Shown here: piece by piece, positions 50,483-59,359 of the stretch | Position numbering within the stretch: the stretch's first letter is position 1 | Layout: every line of letters begins with the position of its first letter | NCBI GenBank assembly: GCA_045530855.1 | Contig: JAZSCV010000005.1 | Location: forward strand, 3,087 to 67,086 | DNA: 64,000 bases | Direction: 5' to 3' | Source of the DNA: Acutalibacteraceae bacterium | GTDB lineage: Bacteria > Bacillota > Clostridia > Oscillospirales > Acutalibacteraceae | Notes under the pieces: model-generated | Database searches by the model: none | The model's input: the letters and a program-made list of their open reading frames with translations, nothing else | What the model was told of the DNA's origin: nothing | Translations under genes and position numbers: made by a program

Positions 50483-52134
50483 TGCAGGCTCACCTCTGCG
50501 CTTAGCTTTGAGGATAAAATACTTTTACCCTCAAAATCCATCATACTGATTGCAAGCAATGCCTGTGTTCTGTTTTCCGGGTTAAACATACCCGCACCAT
50601 ACAACTGTAAAGCCAGCTCATTCTGACTAATTTTTGAAAATGGACTTGCTTTTTCGGCAGAAACCTTTACATCGAATATAGGCTTTCGCAAACTGATTTC
50701 TGCACCGAAATCACCACTGTATTTTTTTATCAGCAAGCCTGTATTGTCATATGTAACAAACTGTTGTTCTCCGTTATCACCAATAATTCTGAAAAATCTT
50801 GGTTCATCGTAAAACTGTCGTATTAACTCAATAGCAAGACTATTAAGCTCTGCAAAGGCTCTGTACCCACCTTTTACCATATCGCGGGTAAGCTTTGAGC
50901 CTGCTTCCTGCAAAGCGGCAATTGCACTTGCCGCTGTAACTCCGCTTGAAACACCACCCTGAGAAAAATCCCTGTTGCCGCTCGTTTCCTTAAGCTCGTC
51001 AATTTTGTTGTTCAAAACCCCAAGGTACGTACCCGGAACATTAGAAAACTTAATTTCTCTTATGCTGTCCTCACCAAGATTACTGCCTGAAACATGCACA
51101 AAATTATTGGACCAATCTGCAAACTCTTCCTCATTTACAGCACCGGAAGAGTTAATAAAATATCGTGGTGTTGCTGCCATTGTTGCATTTTTTACCAATG
51201 AATTGGAAAGAATATCAATCTGCTTCTGAGTATTCTTCATAATATCTATGTACCCGAAGCCACACGGCGTACCTTCTTCAACAAAAAGTGTATCGAAAAC
51301 AAATGGATACTTACCGTGGTCGTAAAAGCCTCTTGAAATATATGCAGAATCATTTTCAGAAGCGTACAAAAGCTCACCATTACAGATTTTGCAGTAATGC
51401 ACCTGCTCAACACCATTTTTGATTACTTTATAATAATGATCTATTACGGCACTTTTTTCTGTTGTATCAACATTATCATCATAAACATACTTTGCAATTT
51501 CAACATCTGATGAACCTAATTTGCCTGAAAGCTGTGGATACAGAGAAACAAGTGTATCATTATCCATAAGCTCAACATGGAACAGATTTTTACTTTTCTG
51601 AATATTCTTAATACCCGGCTCCCAGAAAAGGTTAAGCACATCAATCTGTTTGATTTCAATATCACCCAAGCCATTATTTTTTATAGGGTTCCAGAATATT
51701 CCGTAAACTGCAGTACCGGCTTTAAGCTTGTACCACCAAGCATCATTATAGATCTTGTCAAAGCCGTTTCTTTCAAATACAACAGGCAAGATCTGAGAAA
51801 GTACCTCTGCGGTTTTCTTATCACTTTCTTCACGAGGCAAGCATGCAACCGTAGGATAATTATCCATTGCATCCGCATGCTTGTTTGCAATAGAGTTAAA
51901 AAGCCATGCCGATGCATTCTGATTTTTGCTTTCAGGACTTAATTGCTCCCAATGGCGCATTTTGAACCACTGCTCATTATCAACAATTCTGTTTTCAAGA
52001 TTTGTTTTTGCTGATTTGTATTTTTTTAAAGTTCTGAGGCTCTTTTCTACCTCATCTTTTCCTATCACACCAAAGGTTCCTATTAGTGTGGCAGGTTTTA
52101 TTTTTTCATAGTTATTTAGATTTTCTTTTTCCAT
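50479..52134 (-). CDS. Phage portal protein
   Basis: 551 aa. Immediately downstream of TerL, with size and position typical of a portal. Confidence 0.7.
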   Translation of the reverse strand: MEKENLNNYEKIKPATLIGTFGVIGKDEVEKSLRTLKKYKSAKTNLENRIVDNEQWFKMRHWEQLSPESKNQNASAWLFNSIANKHADAMDNYPTVACLPREESDKKTAEVLSQILPVVFERNGFDKIYNDAWWYKLKAGTAVYGIFWNPIKNNGLGDIEIKQIDVLNLFWEPGIKNIQKSKNLFHVELMDNDTLVSLYPQLSGKLGSSDVEIAKYVYDDNVDTTEKSAVIDHYYKVIKNGVEQVHYCKICNGELLYASENDSAYISRGFYDHGKYPFVFDTLFVEEGTPCGFGYIDIMKNTQKQIDILSNSLVKNATMAATPRYFINSSGAVNEEEFADWSNNFVHVSGSNLGEDSIREIKFSNVPGTYLGVLNNKIDELKETSGNRDFSQGGVSSGVTAASAIAALQEAGSKLTRDMVKGGYRAFAELNSLAIELIRQFYDEPRFFRIIGDNGEQQFVTYDNTGLLIKKYSGDFGAEISLRKPIFDVKVSAEKASPFSKISQNELALQLYGAGMFNPENRTQALLAISMMDFEGKSILSSKLSAEVSLQ

Positions 52135-52149
52135 TTTCTCTTTCCTTTA

Positions 52150-53511
52150 CTAAATTCTTTTTATTAAATCCAACGGATCATCATATATTTTTTCTTCTCT
52201 TTTTTTGTATGTAGGTGATATTGGTCTTGCCATACACATATACCTCATTTCGTCAGCGATATGATCCTCTCCCGTTGTATCTAAATCCTCAGGATTGGTT
52301 GAACTGAATTTCAATTCCGGTACTGTCCTTATAAAGCCTCTGCAGTTATTAAACACATACATCATAGGAATCCCCTGCTCGTCAAAGGCAAGTCTGTAGT
52401 GCACCTGCATCCACCCGGGAATACGCTTATTATCACCTTTTGTGAAAAATATTCCGTTTCTGTCTGCTGATTCAATGATTGCCTCACCTCTTGATGCATC
52501 CCATATAGATGGGTCAGCCACACCTAAAATCCTTTTATTTTTTAACCACCTGTGTTGTTTTTCTATGTTTGCTATTTCAGAAAATATTTTTTCAGGAGGC
52601 CATTTGACACCTTCGTTTGCTGTTTTAGTACAACCGTACAACTCTAAAATTCTGTACAGCCTGCCATCGTAATCCACAGCCCACCAGGCGCAGGAAAACG
52701 GCTTTGCATAACCAAAGTCAAAGGACCTGTAAATTACCCAATCATTCGGAATTTCAAAAGGCTCAATAACATGTGTGTTTATACCATCCCTGTAGTGCTC
52801 CGGATTATCTCTGAACTCTTCAAAAAATTGTCCGTCAAAAATATCCCAGTTACCAAAGCGGTGAGCCTGCCTTAATTTTTCGGGAAGTGCATCAAGCACC
52901 TTCACATATTCGGGATTAGTACTCAGAAGTACAGTATTATCATCTATTGTTGCAGGAATAAATATGTAGTCATTGGGATCCTCACCCGTTTCATAGCGAC
53001 CTTTAACAAACAGCCTTTTAAACCAGTTATGCCCCACTCCGCCTGGATTCCCCGTAAAATACATACGAGGTTTAAAATCACTTCTTGTTGTTCTGTTACA
53101 GGTCATCAAAAACTGAATCTGGGAAAAGGTAAAATGCGTACATTCTTCAACACCAATAACATCATATTCCTGACCCTGATACTGATAAATATCGTTTTCG
53201 GTATCACAATAACCAAGCCTGATTCTTGATCCGTTTGGGAATATAAATGCCCTTTCATCTCTTTTATAGCGGGCAATTCCGTTTAACTGAGCAAGCATAG
53301 GCAAAAGATGGTTTTCTCTTAGTTCAGGAAGAGTTTTTCGTAAAAGCAATAATTTAAGGTTATTGTACTTAAGAGCAAGCAGAATAAATTTTGTTCTTAA
53401 TGCCCAGGATTTCCCGCCACCTCTTGCACCGCCATAGCCGATAAATCGTTGATTACACTTAAAAAACTGTTCTTGCTTTGCGTTCGGTTGAGAAATGAGA
53501 AGTTCCTTCAT
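52150..53511 (-). CDS. terL: Terminase large subunit
   Basis: 453 aa. Walker A GYGGARGGGKSW, Walker B-like YDVIGVEE, C-terminal nuclease-like region. Confidence 0.85.
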   Translation of the reverse strand: MKELLISQPNAKQEQFFKCNQRFIGYGGARGGGKSWALRTKFILLALKYNNLKLLLLRKTLPELRENHLLPMLAQLNGIARYKRDERAFIFPNGSRIRLGYCDTENDIYQYQGQEYDVIGVEECTHFTFSQIQFLMTCNRTTRSDFKPRMYFTGNPGGVGHNWFKRLFVKGRYETGEDPNDYIFIPATIDDNTVLLSTNPEYVKVLDALPEKLRQAHRFGNWDIFDGQFFEEFRDNPEHYRDGINTHVIEPFEIPNDWVIYRSFDFGYAKPFSCAWWAVDYDGRLYRILELYGCTKTANEGVKWPPEKIFSEIANIEKQHRWLKNKRILGVADPSIWDASRGEAIIESADRNGIFFTKGDNKRIPGWMQVHYRLAFDEQGIPMMYVFNNCRGFIRTVPELKFSSTNPEDLDTTGEDHIADEMRYMCMARPISPTYKKREEKIYDDPLDLIKRI

Positions 53512-53774
53512 TGGCTTAACTCCTCAATTTGTTTTTCGAACCTTATTACAACACCATCAGCAATCTGCGGTGTTGCGTCGCAGTCCTCTAATAAGCCATA
53601 CAATTCTCTCAATGCACCCACACTTTCCTTTAAGAACTTAGCATCCAATTCAGGGTTGCCTGTTGTTTTGAAAGTCTTTCTTGCTTTTTTTACAATATCG
53701 TCTACAAGAGCACTCATATTCTCTGCAGCAGAGGAAACTCTTTTGAGCTTATCCTGCTTTCTTACCTCACTCAA
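53508..53774 (-). CDS. Small protein coupled to TerL (possible small terminase or accessory protein)
   Basis: 88 aa. TTG start overlaps the upstream stop, and there is an ATGA overlap with terL. Confidence 0.35.
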   Translation of the reverse strand: MSEVRKQDKLKRVSSAAENMSALVDDIVKKARKTFKTTGNPELDAKFLKESVGALRELYGLLEDCDATPQIADGVVIRFEKQIEELSQ

Positions 53775-53998
53775 ACTCGCAAGCCCCTTTCATAAAGAAC
53801 GGAAACAGCTCTGTGATGCATACATTTCTTGCCGCTGTTAATGCAACAAACAGAAAATTCGTATTTTTTCTTTTCATCATTAGAATTAAATCGATGTGTA
53901 CTGCTTGTGTTATCCAATACACCTTCACAGCTAATGAATTTTTCTCCTTCTTTAAGATAAAATGGACACTCAATTATTGATTCTATGGTTTTTGACAT
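53771..53998 (-). CDS. Cys/His-rich small protein, first gene of the structural operon (possible late regulator)
   Basis: 75 aa. RBS AAAGGAGAG 5 nt upstream. Residues C11, C24, CC61-62, C69, HH71-72. Confidence 0.5.
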   Translation of the reverse strand: MSKTIESIIECPFYLKEGEKFISCEGVLDNTSSTHRFNSNDEKKKYEFSVCCINSGKKCMHHRAVSVLYERGLRV

Positions 53999-54029
53999 AT
54001 TTTTCTCTCCTTTTGTACTATAATTGGTA

Positions 54030-54058
54030 TTGACACTTTTTTATAAATAAGGTATATT
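54030..54058 (+). promoter_or_regulatory. Near-consensus sigma-A promoter facing right (XRE/ImmA transcript)
   Basis: TTGACA (54030-54035), 17 nt, TATATT (54053-54058). Confidence 0.5.
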
Positions 54059-54096
54059 ATTAGTGTAATTTGTACTGATTTCCGAACTGCAAGCAT

Positions 54097-54125
54097 ATTA
54101 TAATACGGATTTCTGTACTTTTCAA
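54097..54125 (-). promoter_or_regulatory. Near-consensus sigma-A promoter facing left (structural/lysis operon)
   Basis: The minus strand reads TTGAAA (54125-54120), 17 nt, TATAAT (54102-54097). Confidence 0.5.
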
Positions 54126-54195
54126 CCTATTTTCAGAACATTTGTTTGTTCGACATTTTTTTGTGTGAATGCACAAATATGTGGAGGTCCTCTTT

Positions 54196-54531
54196 GTGAA
54201 GATGTATGAAAAAATACAAGAATTATGCAATGAAAAGAACATAAAGGTCGCACAGCTGTGCCGCGAAACGGGTGTGCCAAAAAGTACAATATCAGAACTT
54301 AAGCAGGGCAGAACAAAAACTTTATCCACTCATAATCTAAGTAAAATTGCCCAATATTTTGGTGTTTCTCTTGACTACTTTGATGAAAGCTTTGATGACG
54401 TTGATAACCAAAAAGATGAGCTTTTTCAAAAAAGAAAAATATTATTTGATATGTCAAAAAGAGCCACCAAGGATCAGCTTGACACATTTATCGTTATGTT
54501 CAAAGCATTAATTGATCAGGAGGAAAAATGA
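54196..54531 (+). CDS. XRE-family HTH transcriptional regulator (CI/ImmR-like repressor)
   Basis: HTH IKVAQLCRETGVPKSTISELKQGRT. GTG at 54196 lies 8 nt after GGAGG; ATG at 54202 is an alternative start. Confidence 0.8.
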   Translation: MKMYEKIQELCNEKNIKVAQLCRETGVPKSTISELKQGRTKTLSTHNLSKIAQYFGVSLDYFDESFDDVDNQKDELFQKRKILFDMSKRATKDQLDTFIVMFKALIDQEEK

Positions 54532-54736
54532 ATTTACTATTTATAAGAGAAATAAAAATGCCGCTCACAATCAGGGCATTTACTATACCCGATGCAAACG
54601 GCGATTTTAATATTTATATCAATGAGGCTCTGTCGGACGATGCAAAAAAGAAATCATTAGCTCATGAAAAAAGCATATAAAACGAAATGATTTCCAAAAA
54701 GATTTATCTGTAAAGCTAATTGAAAACAACATATAA
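54528..54736 (+). pseudogene. ImmA/IrrE-like small metallopeptidase interrupted by a frameshift in an A6 run
   Basis: ATGA overlap with the XRE gene. Frame 0 stops at 54680 after ...SLAHEKSI (50 aa). The -1 frame entered at A6 (54667-54672) reads AHEKKHIKRNDF... (HEXXH) through to 54736. Confidence 0.55.
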
Positions 54737-54740
54737 AAAA

Positions 54741-54780
54741 ATGCATCCTTGAATATTTCAAGGATGCATTAATATTTTTT
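54741..54780. terminator. Bidirectional terminator at the right border of the phage-like element
   Basis: Stem atgcatccttga/tcaaggatgcat followed by taatatttttt. An A7 run precedes it. Confidence 0.7.
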
Positions 54781-55672
54781 AGAAGCCCTTCATTTTCTTA
54801 AGGTCACGGTAGTTAATAAGCTGAATACCGCAAGCCTTGATGTGCTGAAGTGTCTGTGGGTCAGAGAATAATCTATGCTCCCAAACTCTTCTGTGCCATG
54901 CACCGGAAATTGCTTTAAGCTCATCACACTCAAGAGCAGGGTGAATATATGTTTCTGTGACACCATTAGGGAATGTTTTGTATAATTCGTAAATATATTC
55001 CTTGTAGTTTTCATAGCTATCGTTCTGAGGACCATTCCACTCACCGGGAATAAGGAAGTCAGGTAAAGCAACCTTCTGATCATTTGCATAGTCAATTACT
55101 TTGCCGAACATCATTGCAATAAGCTCTTTGTCAATTTTAACCTCGAGTGTATCATTCTCGAACATTTCAGGAACATATGTACCCGGGAAACGGAAAGGAA
55201 GTCCTTCCTCACCTGCTATATCGAGTGTAAGGTTAAGAAGTTCAAATCTACCTGTTTCAATACCATAAAGAGAGCCCATATGGTTATCAAGGTGTGATGG
55301 TACAACACCAAATGAGCGGAAGCGCTTAATCTGAGCTTTAATCTCTTCTTCTACCTCATCAATATCGCTATTCTCTTCAAATTCGTCAGATTCATGGTAC
55401 ATGAAATCTTCACTATCTCTCAAGGAAGGTGTTTTACCCTGAGTAATTGGTGCGCATCTGTACTTACCCCATTCACTTGTGAATGTAAGGTGAACACCAA
55501 CAGCGTATTCCGGATGCTGTGCTGCCCAATCACCTGCTTCTTTAGCCCAACCGCAAGGTGTCATAATTGTGGCGGAAGTAATACCACCTTTTTCAAACAA
55601 ATCAAAAACAGCAAGATTTGTAGAATGACTCATTCCGAAATCGTCCGCATTAATAATGAGATACTTATCCAT
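54779..55672 (-). CDS. ChbG/YdjC-family carbohydrate deacetylase
   Basis: 297 aa. N-terminal LIINADDFGMSHSTN signature. Confidence 0.8.
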   Translation of the reverse strand: MDKYLIINADDFGMSHSTNLAVFDLFEKGGITSATIMTPCGWAKEAGDWAAQHPEYAVGVHLTFTSEWGKYRCAPITQGKTPSLRDSEDFMYHESDEFEENSDIDEVEEEIKAQIKRFRSFGVVPSHLDNHMGSLYGIETGRFELLNLTLDIAGEEGLPFRFPGTYVPEMFENDTLEVKIDKELIAMMFGKVIDYANDQKVALPDFLIPGEWNGPQNDSYENYKEYIYELYKTFPNGVTETYIHPALECDELKAISGAWHRRVWEHRLFSDPQTLQHIKACGIQLINYRDLKKMKGF

Positions 55673-55768
55673 TTGAATTCTCCTTTTATATACCCAACTT
55701 CAAGTTTTAATCATTTTTATTTCATAATGAACATAGGTAACAAACCAAAACGTCAGTTCGACAACAAA

Positions 55769-57103
55769 TTAATCATTATCTCCGTCCACAGAAATCTCTG
55801 TTTCATCAGCAATCTGCTCTTCTACCTTATCATTATTGTTCTGAACCTTAGTTCCGTTTGACTTTTTGTTTTTAGACGCTTTTTTCTTTTTCATCACAAA
55901 CATTGTAGCAAGGAAACCAATAGCAATAATCCAGATTGCAATAACCGCAACAAGAAGAATTGTAAGGCCATCTGTCAAGCCCTTTTCCGATTCCTCAGCA
56001 GGTGCAGTTGTTACTACGGCTTTTGTCTCAGTTTCTTCCTCTGCTGTTGTGTGAACAGCCTGGAAATATAACAACTCGATTTTATCTATTACCTTATCGT
56101 CTACGACACCATCAACGGTAAATCCGTTTTCTTTCTGCAGCTTCTTTACAACTGCCATAGTGTCTACATCGAAAATACCTGTAATACCATCGTCCTTAAG
56201 ACCATAGCGGGTATATATAAATATCCACTGCATCCATTTAACGCCCTCGCCGGTGTCACCACCCTTAAGTACCGTTGTTGGCCTTTGATAAGGATTATTA
56301 TCTGCTGCAAAGTCAACTGTTTCGTTAAGATTTGATGACTTAGTTGTTGACGGAGTCATTACAACAGGTACTGTAGCTTGCTGTGAAGGCACAACAGGCA
56401 CATACTGGCTTGCGGCAGGAACAATATCGATATAGCCTGCAGTTTCTGTATTCACATTATATGTACTTTGAGGAGTTGTAGGAAGAATACCGCCATTACC
56501 TACACCGCTTATTACACCACCTATTGCACCACCAAGGCCACCGATTGCGCCACCTATATCTACACTACCTAAGCTGTTGCCGATAATCGAACCAACACTA
56601 CCCGAGCCTATTGAGCCACCAAAACTATCTGATGAAGCAGGAGAGCTTGGAATCTCCGAATCATTTATGCTGACATCCGGATTGCCGGGATCACCCGGAT
56701 CTATAGGCATATCAGCAACATCGCTTGATGTAACAGTTGGTTCGCTGAACTCTACAGAATTTGAGTCTGAGTCAGAGCCACCGCCGATAATTCCGCCAAT
56801 ATCAAGCATATCGCTGAATTCATTGCCGGCCTGTGCAACATCGCTGATGATACCATCCGCAACAGTAATATAATCCATTTTATCGCTCACAAGCTCAGCT
56901 AAGGTTGTTGTGCCGGGTTTTTTCATTGTCATAGATGGAATATAGTCCATAACAACGGTAGCCAATGTTTCTTTTGCAGCATGGGAATTAACCTTACCAT
57001 TGGAAACATCTGCTATTCCATTACCACTACTGTGGCCTACCATAACAATTGAACACGCAGTAACAAGAATTGCTATTGCAAGGGCTGTAATTTTTTTATT
57101 CAT
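55769..57103 (-). CDS. Membrane-anchored peptidoglycan-binding protein with Gly-rich low-complexity region
   Basis: 444 aa. N-terminal signal/TM, a GGxIGG-type repeat tract, PG_binding_1-like GDTGEGVKWMQW...DGITG...VDGVVD, and a C-terminal TM helix. Confidence 0.65.
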   Translation of the reverse strand: MNKKITALAIAILVTACSIVMVGHSSGNGIADVSNGKVNSHAAKETLATVVMDYIPSMTMKKPGTTTLAELVSDKMDYITVADGIISDVAQAGNEFSDMLDIGGIIGGGSDSDSNSVEFSEPTVTSSDVADMPIDPGDPGNPDVSINDSEIPSSPASSDSFGGSIGSGSVGSIIGNSLGSVDIGGAIGGLGGAIGGVISGVGNGGILPTTPQSTYNVNTETAGYIDIVPAASQYVPVVPSQQATVPVVMTPSTTKSSNLNETVDFAADNNPYQRPTTVLKGGDTGEGVKWMQWIFIYTRYGLKDDGITGIFDVDTMAVVKKLQKENGFTVDGVVDDKVIDKIELLYFQAVHTTAEEETETKAVVTTAPAEESEKGLTDGLTILLVAVIAIWIIAIGFLATMFVMKKKKASKNKKSNGTKVQNNNDKVEEQIADETEISVDGDND

Positions 57104-57251
57104 AAAATACCGTCCTTAATTTATTACATAATCACGATGTATTATAGCATATTAGCAATAACAAATGCAATACAAAACGACAAATTTATATTTAAATATA
57201 ACAAAACAGCAAAGCTACACTAAGCAACTTTGCTGTCATCTTATGTACTAT

Positions 57252-58178
57252 TTAAGCGTTTTCATTTAATATAAGACCCGGATTCTGGAAAAATTCTTCC
57301 ATTTTTGTAAGGAAAGGTCTTACCTCACCAAAGTCAAGAACTCTGTGGTCAAAAACGATGTTCATAGGAAGAACTGTTCTTATTTGAATTTCTTCCTCAC
57401 CATTCTCATTTTTAACAACAACAGGCTTTCTCTGGAGTGTTCCGATACCGATAACGCATACCTGAGGCGGAATAACCATAAGCATTGCTATTTCACCACT
57501 GAGACCACGTGTATCTGCACCAACGTTTGATACAGTAATTGTACCCTGCTTAAGGTCTGCTCTTGTAATCTTTTCTGTATCGGGAATTGCCTTATAGGCT
57601 TTCTTTTCAGCACCTTTAAGGCGAACAATTTTATGCTTACCAGCATTAGCACCATAAATTCTCTTGATTGCCTTTATAATGTGACCTTTTTTTAACTTAT
57701 CAAGGGTGTCGTGGAAGGAAACAGAGTAAAGCGCCTCAACAAGAACAGTCTTTTCAAGGCGACGATTAATATCTGCCTGATAAGCTGCAATTTCTTTAAG
57801 AGTTTTGTTACCCATATCCTTCATAGTGATGGTCATCATTTTACCATCAGGAAGAATCCATGGAACAGACATATCAATATTATCGAACTCTGTCACCTTA
57901 CCTCTTACGAGACCCTTTTCAAAGTGGAAGTGAGCATTTATACACGGATCGTTTTCGATTGCTTCTGCGATAGCTTTAAGAAGAACTGCATTAAGAGTAA
58001 TCTTTGGTCCTTCGTCTGAATTGTGCTCTGCTTGAAACTTTTTGAATTCCTCCATAAATTTTGTAACATCAGGTTCATACTGGTAACTTACATGAGGAAT
58101 ATTCTGCCAGCTTTCAGTTGTCATGTTAGCAACAATTTTTCTCTGTATACCGAATCTTGTTACACTTTTTATTGCCAT
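57252..58178 (-). CDS. Stand-alone 2-oxoacid dehydrogenase E2-type acyltransferase catalytic domain protein
   Basis: Catalytic motif FDHRVLDFG. No lipoyl or subunit-binding domains. I prefer the ATG at 58178 (MAIKSV...) over the track's TTG at 58208. Confidence 0.65.
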   Translation of the reverse strand: MAIKSVTRFGIQRKIVANMTTESWQNIPHVSYQYEPDVTKFMEEFKKFQAEHNSDEGPKITLNAVLLKAIAEAIENDPCINAHFHFEKGLVRGKVTEFDNIDMSVPWILPDGKMMTITMKDMGNKTLKEIAAYQADINRRLEKTVLVEALYSVSFHDTLDKLKKGHIIKAIKRIYGANAGKHKIVRLKGAEKKAYKAIPDTEKITRADLKQGTITVSNVGADTRGLSGEIAMLMVIPPQVCVIGIGTLQRKPVVVKNENGEEEIQIRTVLPMNIVFDHRVLDFGEVRPFLTKMEEFFQNPGLILNENA

Positions 58179-58211
58179 TTTCCTTTTCCTTTCAAAGTTA
58201 TTAAACAATTT

Positions 58212-59120
58212 TTATTTATTGTAATATTCAAAAAAACCTACATCAGTAAGCTCTTTAACAAGCATCTTTTTCTGCTCTTGCGTAAGAGGAGCCATAGGAT
58301 AAGCCATATCACCCGCTTCAACACCATCAAGAGAAAGAATGTATTTTACAGCACGTGATACACCATATTTTATAAGAATCTCTGTAACCTTATTAACCTT
58401 GTATTGTGTCTGCCTTGCACCCTCAATATCTCCTGCAAGGAACTGATTACGAAGCTTTACATACTCTGCACACATAAGGTTATATGTAGAACCGATACCT
58501 GCATCAGCCCCCATTGAAAGACCACAAATTATCATCTCGTCAGGTCCGTTGATAACATTGATATCGCCACCATTAAGTTCTTTGATTCTTCTCATAGAAT
58601 AAAAGTCAGTCAAAGTAAACTTACAACCGATTACGCCGTCAACCTCTATTAATCTTCTCATAAGGTTAACTGAATCCGATGTAAGAAGATTTTGCACATA
58701 TGCAATAACAGGAAGCTCTGACACATCTGCAATTTTTTTATAATAATCTATGATTTCATCATCCGTATGCTTAAAATAGAAGTTCGGAACAACACTTGAA
58801 ACTGCATCACATCCACATTCCTTTGCATGACGCGCAAGATCGAATGCATCCATAGTAGCGGCTGCACCAATATGGTTTACAATAAGGCCTCTGCCGTTAT
58901 TGTGTTCAACTACTGTTTCAGCAATTTCCTTTCTCATATTCGTTGTAATAACAGGACCTTCACCCGTTGAACCACAAATATAGAAACCACATGCACCCTG
59001 ATTAAAATTTCTATCCATATTAGCTTTTATAGATGCTTTTAATACAGTGCCATCATTTTTAAAATGAGAAACTAATGCGGGCATAATACCCTGAACAAGT
59101 ACATTTGACACGATTTTCAC
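58212..59120 (-). CDS. nanA: N-acetylneuraminate lyase (DapA/NanA family)
   Basis: GSTGE motif and Schiff-base Lys context VIGCKFTLTDFY, which is NanA-like rather than DapA-like. Alternative GTG start at 59111. Confidence 0.7.
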   Translation of the reverse strand: MKIVSNVLVQGIMPALVSHFKNDGTVLKASIKANMDRNFNQGACGFYICGSTGEGPVITTNMRKEIAETVVEHNNGRGLIVNHIGAAATMDAFDLARHAKECGCDAVSSVVPNFYFKHTDDEIIDYYKKIADVSELPVIAYVQNLLTSDSVNLMRRLIEVDGVIGCKFTLTDFYSMRRIKELNGGDINVINGPDEMIICGLSMGADAGIGSTYNLMCAEYVKLRNQFLAGDIEGARQTQYKVNKVTEILIKYGVSRAVKYILSLDGVEAGDMAYPMAPLTQEQKKMLVKELTDVGFFEYYNK

Positions 59121-59359
59121 CTCATACTATTTTGTCATTTTAATTATATCAAAAGAGAAAATGAATGTCAATTCACTATTGTATTTTTTTGGGAAATAGT
59201 CAGTTTTAATAAAAACTTTTTTCGCACTTTGTTTAATGTGTCTTCAAACAAATACTATTCGTTAAATTTTTGTTAAAACAACTCTTATGTTAAATATATT
59301 TGTTGCCATACATTATATTATGTGTTATAATAATTTGATTAAAAATTAGGAGAAAGTTC

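Larger units (their letters stand above)
40723..54740. mobile_element. Compact podovirus-like prophage remnant or GTA-like element (regulatory switch, packaging, head, tail, lysis; no integrase or replication genes)
   Basis: A contiguous minus-strand block runs Cys-rich ORF, 88-aa ORF, TerL, portal, Prp, scaffold, capsid, connector/tail proteins, SGNH tail fibre, holins, amidase. A divergent XRE/ImmA-like pair sits at the right end. The boundaries are functional only; no att repeats were identified. Confidence 0.75.

Noticed and set aside
53767-53973. Alternative 68-aa frame overlapping the 75-aa Cys-rich ORF.
   Set aside because: The 53771..53998 frame has a strong RBS (AAAGGAGAG) and its stop overlaps the next ORF's start. 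The other frame has neither.
54060-54329. Track ORF of 89 aa on the minus strand across the switch region.
   Set aside because: It has no RBS, overlaps both predicted promoters and the XRE coding region in antisense, and has a low-complexity composition.
40700-54790. Searched by eye for attL/attR direct repeats at the borders of the phage-like element.
   Set aside because: Only a trivial shared heptamer (ttcttaa) was seen. This cannot be distinguished from chance without a computed alignment, so no att sites are claimed.
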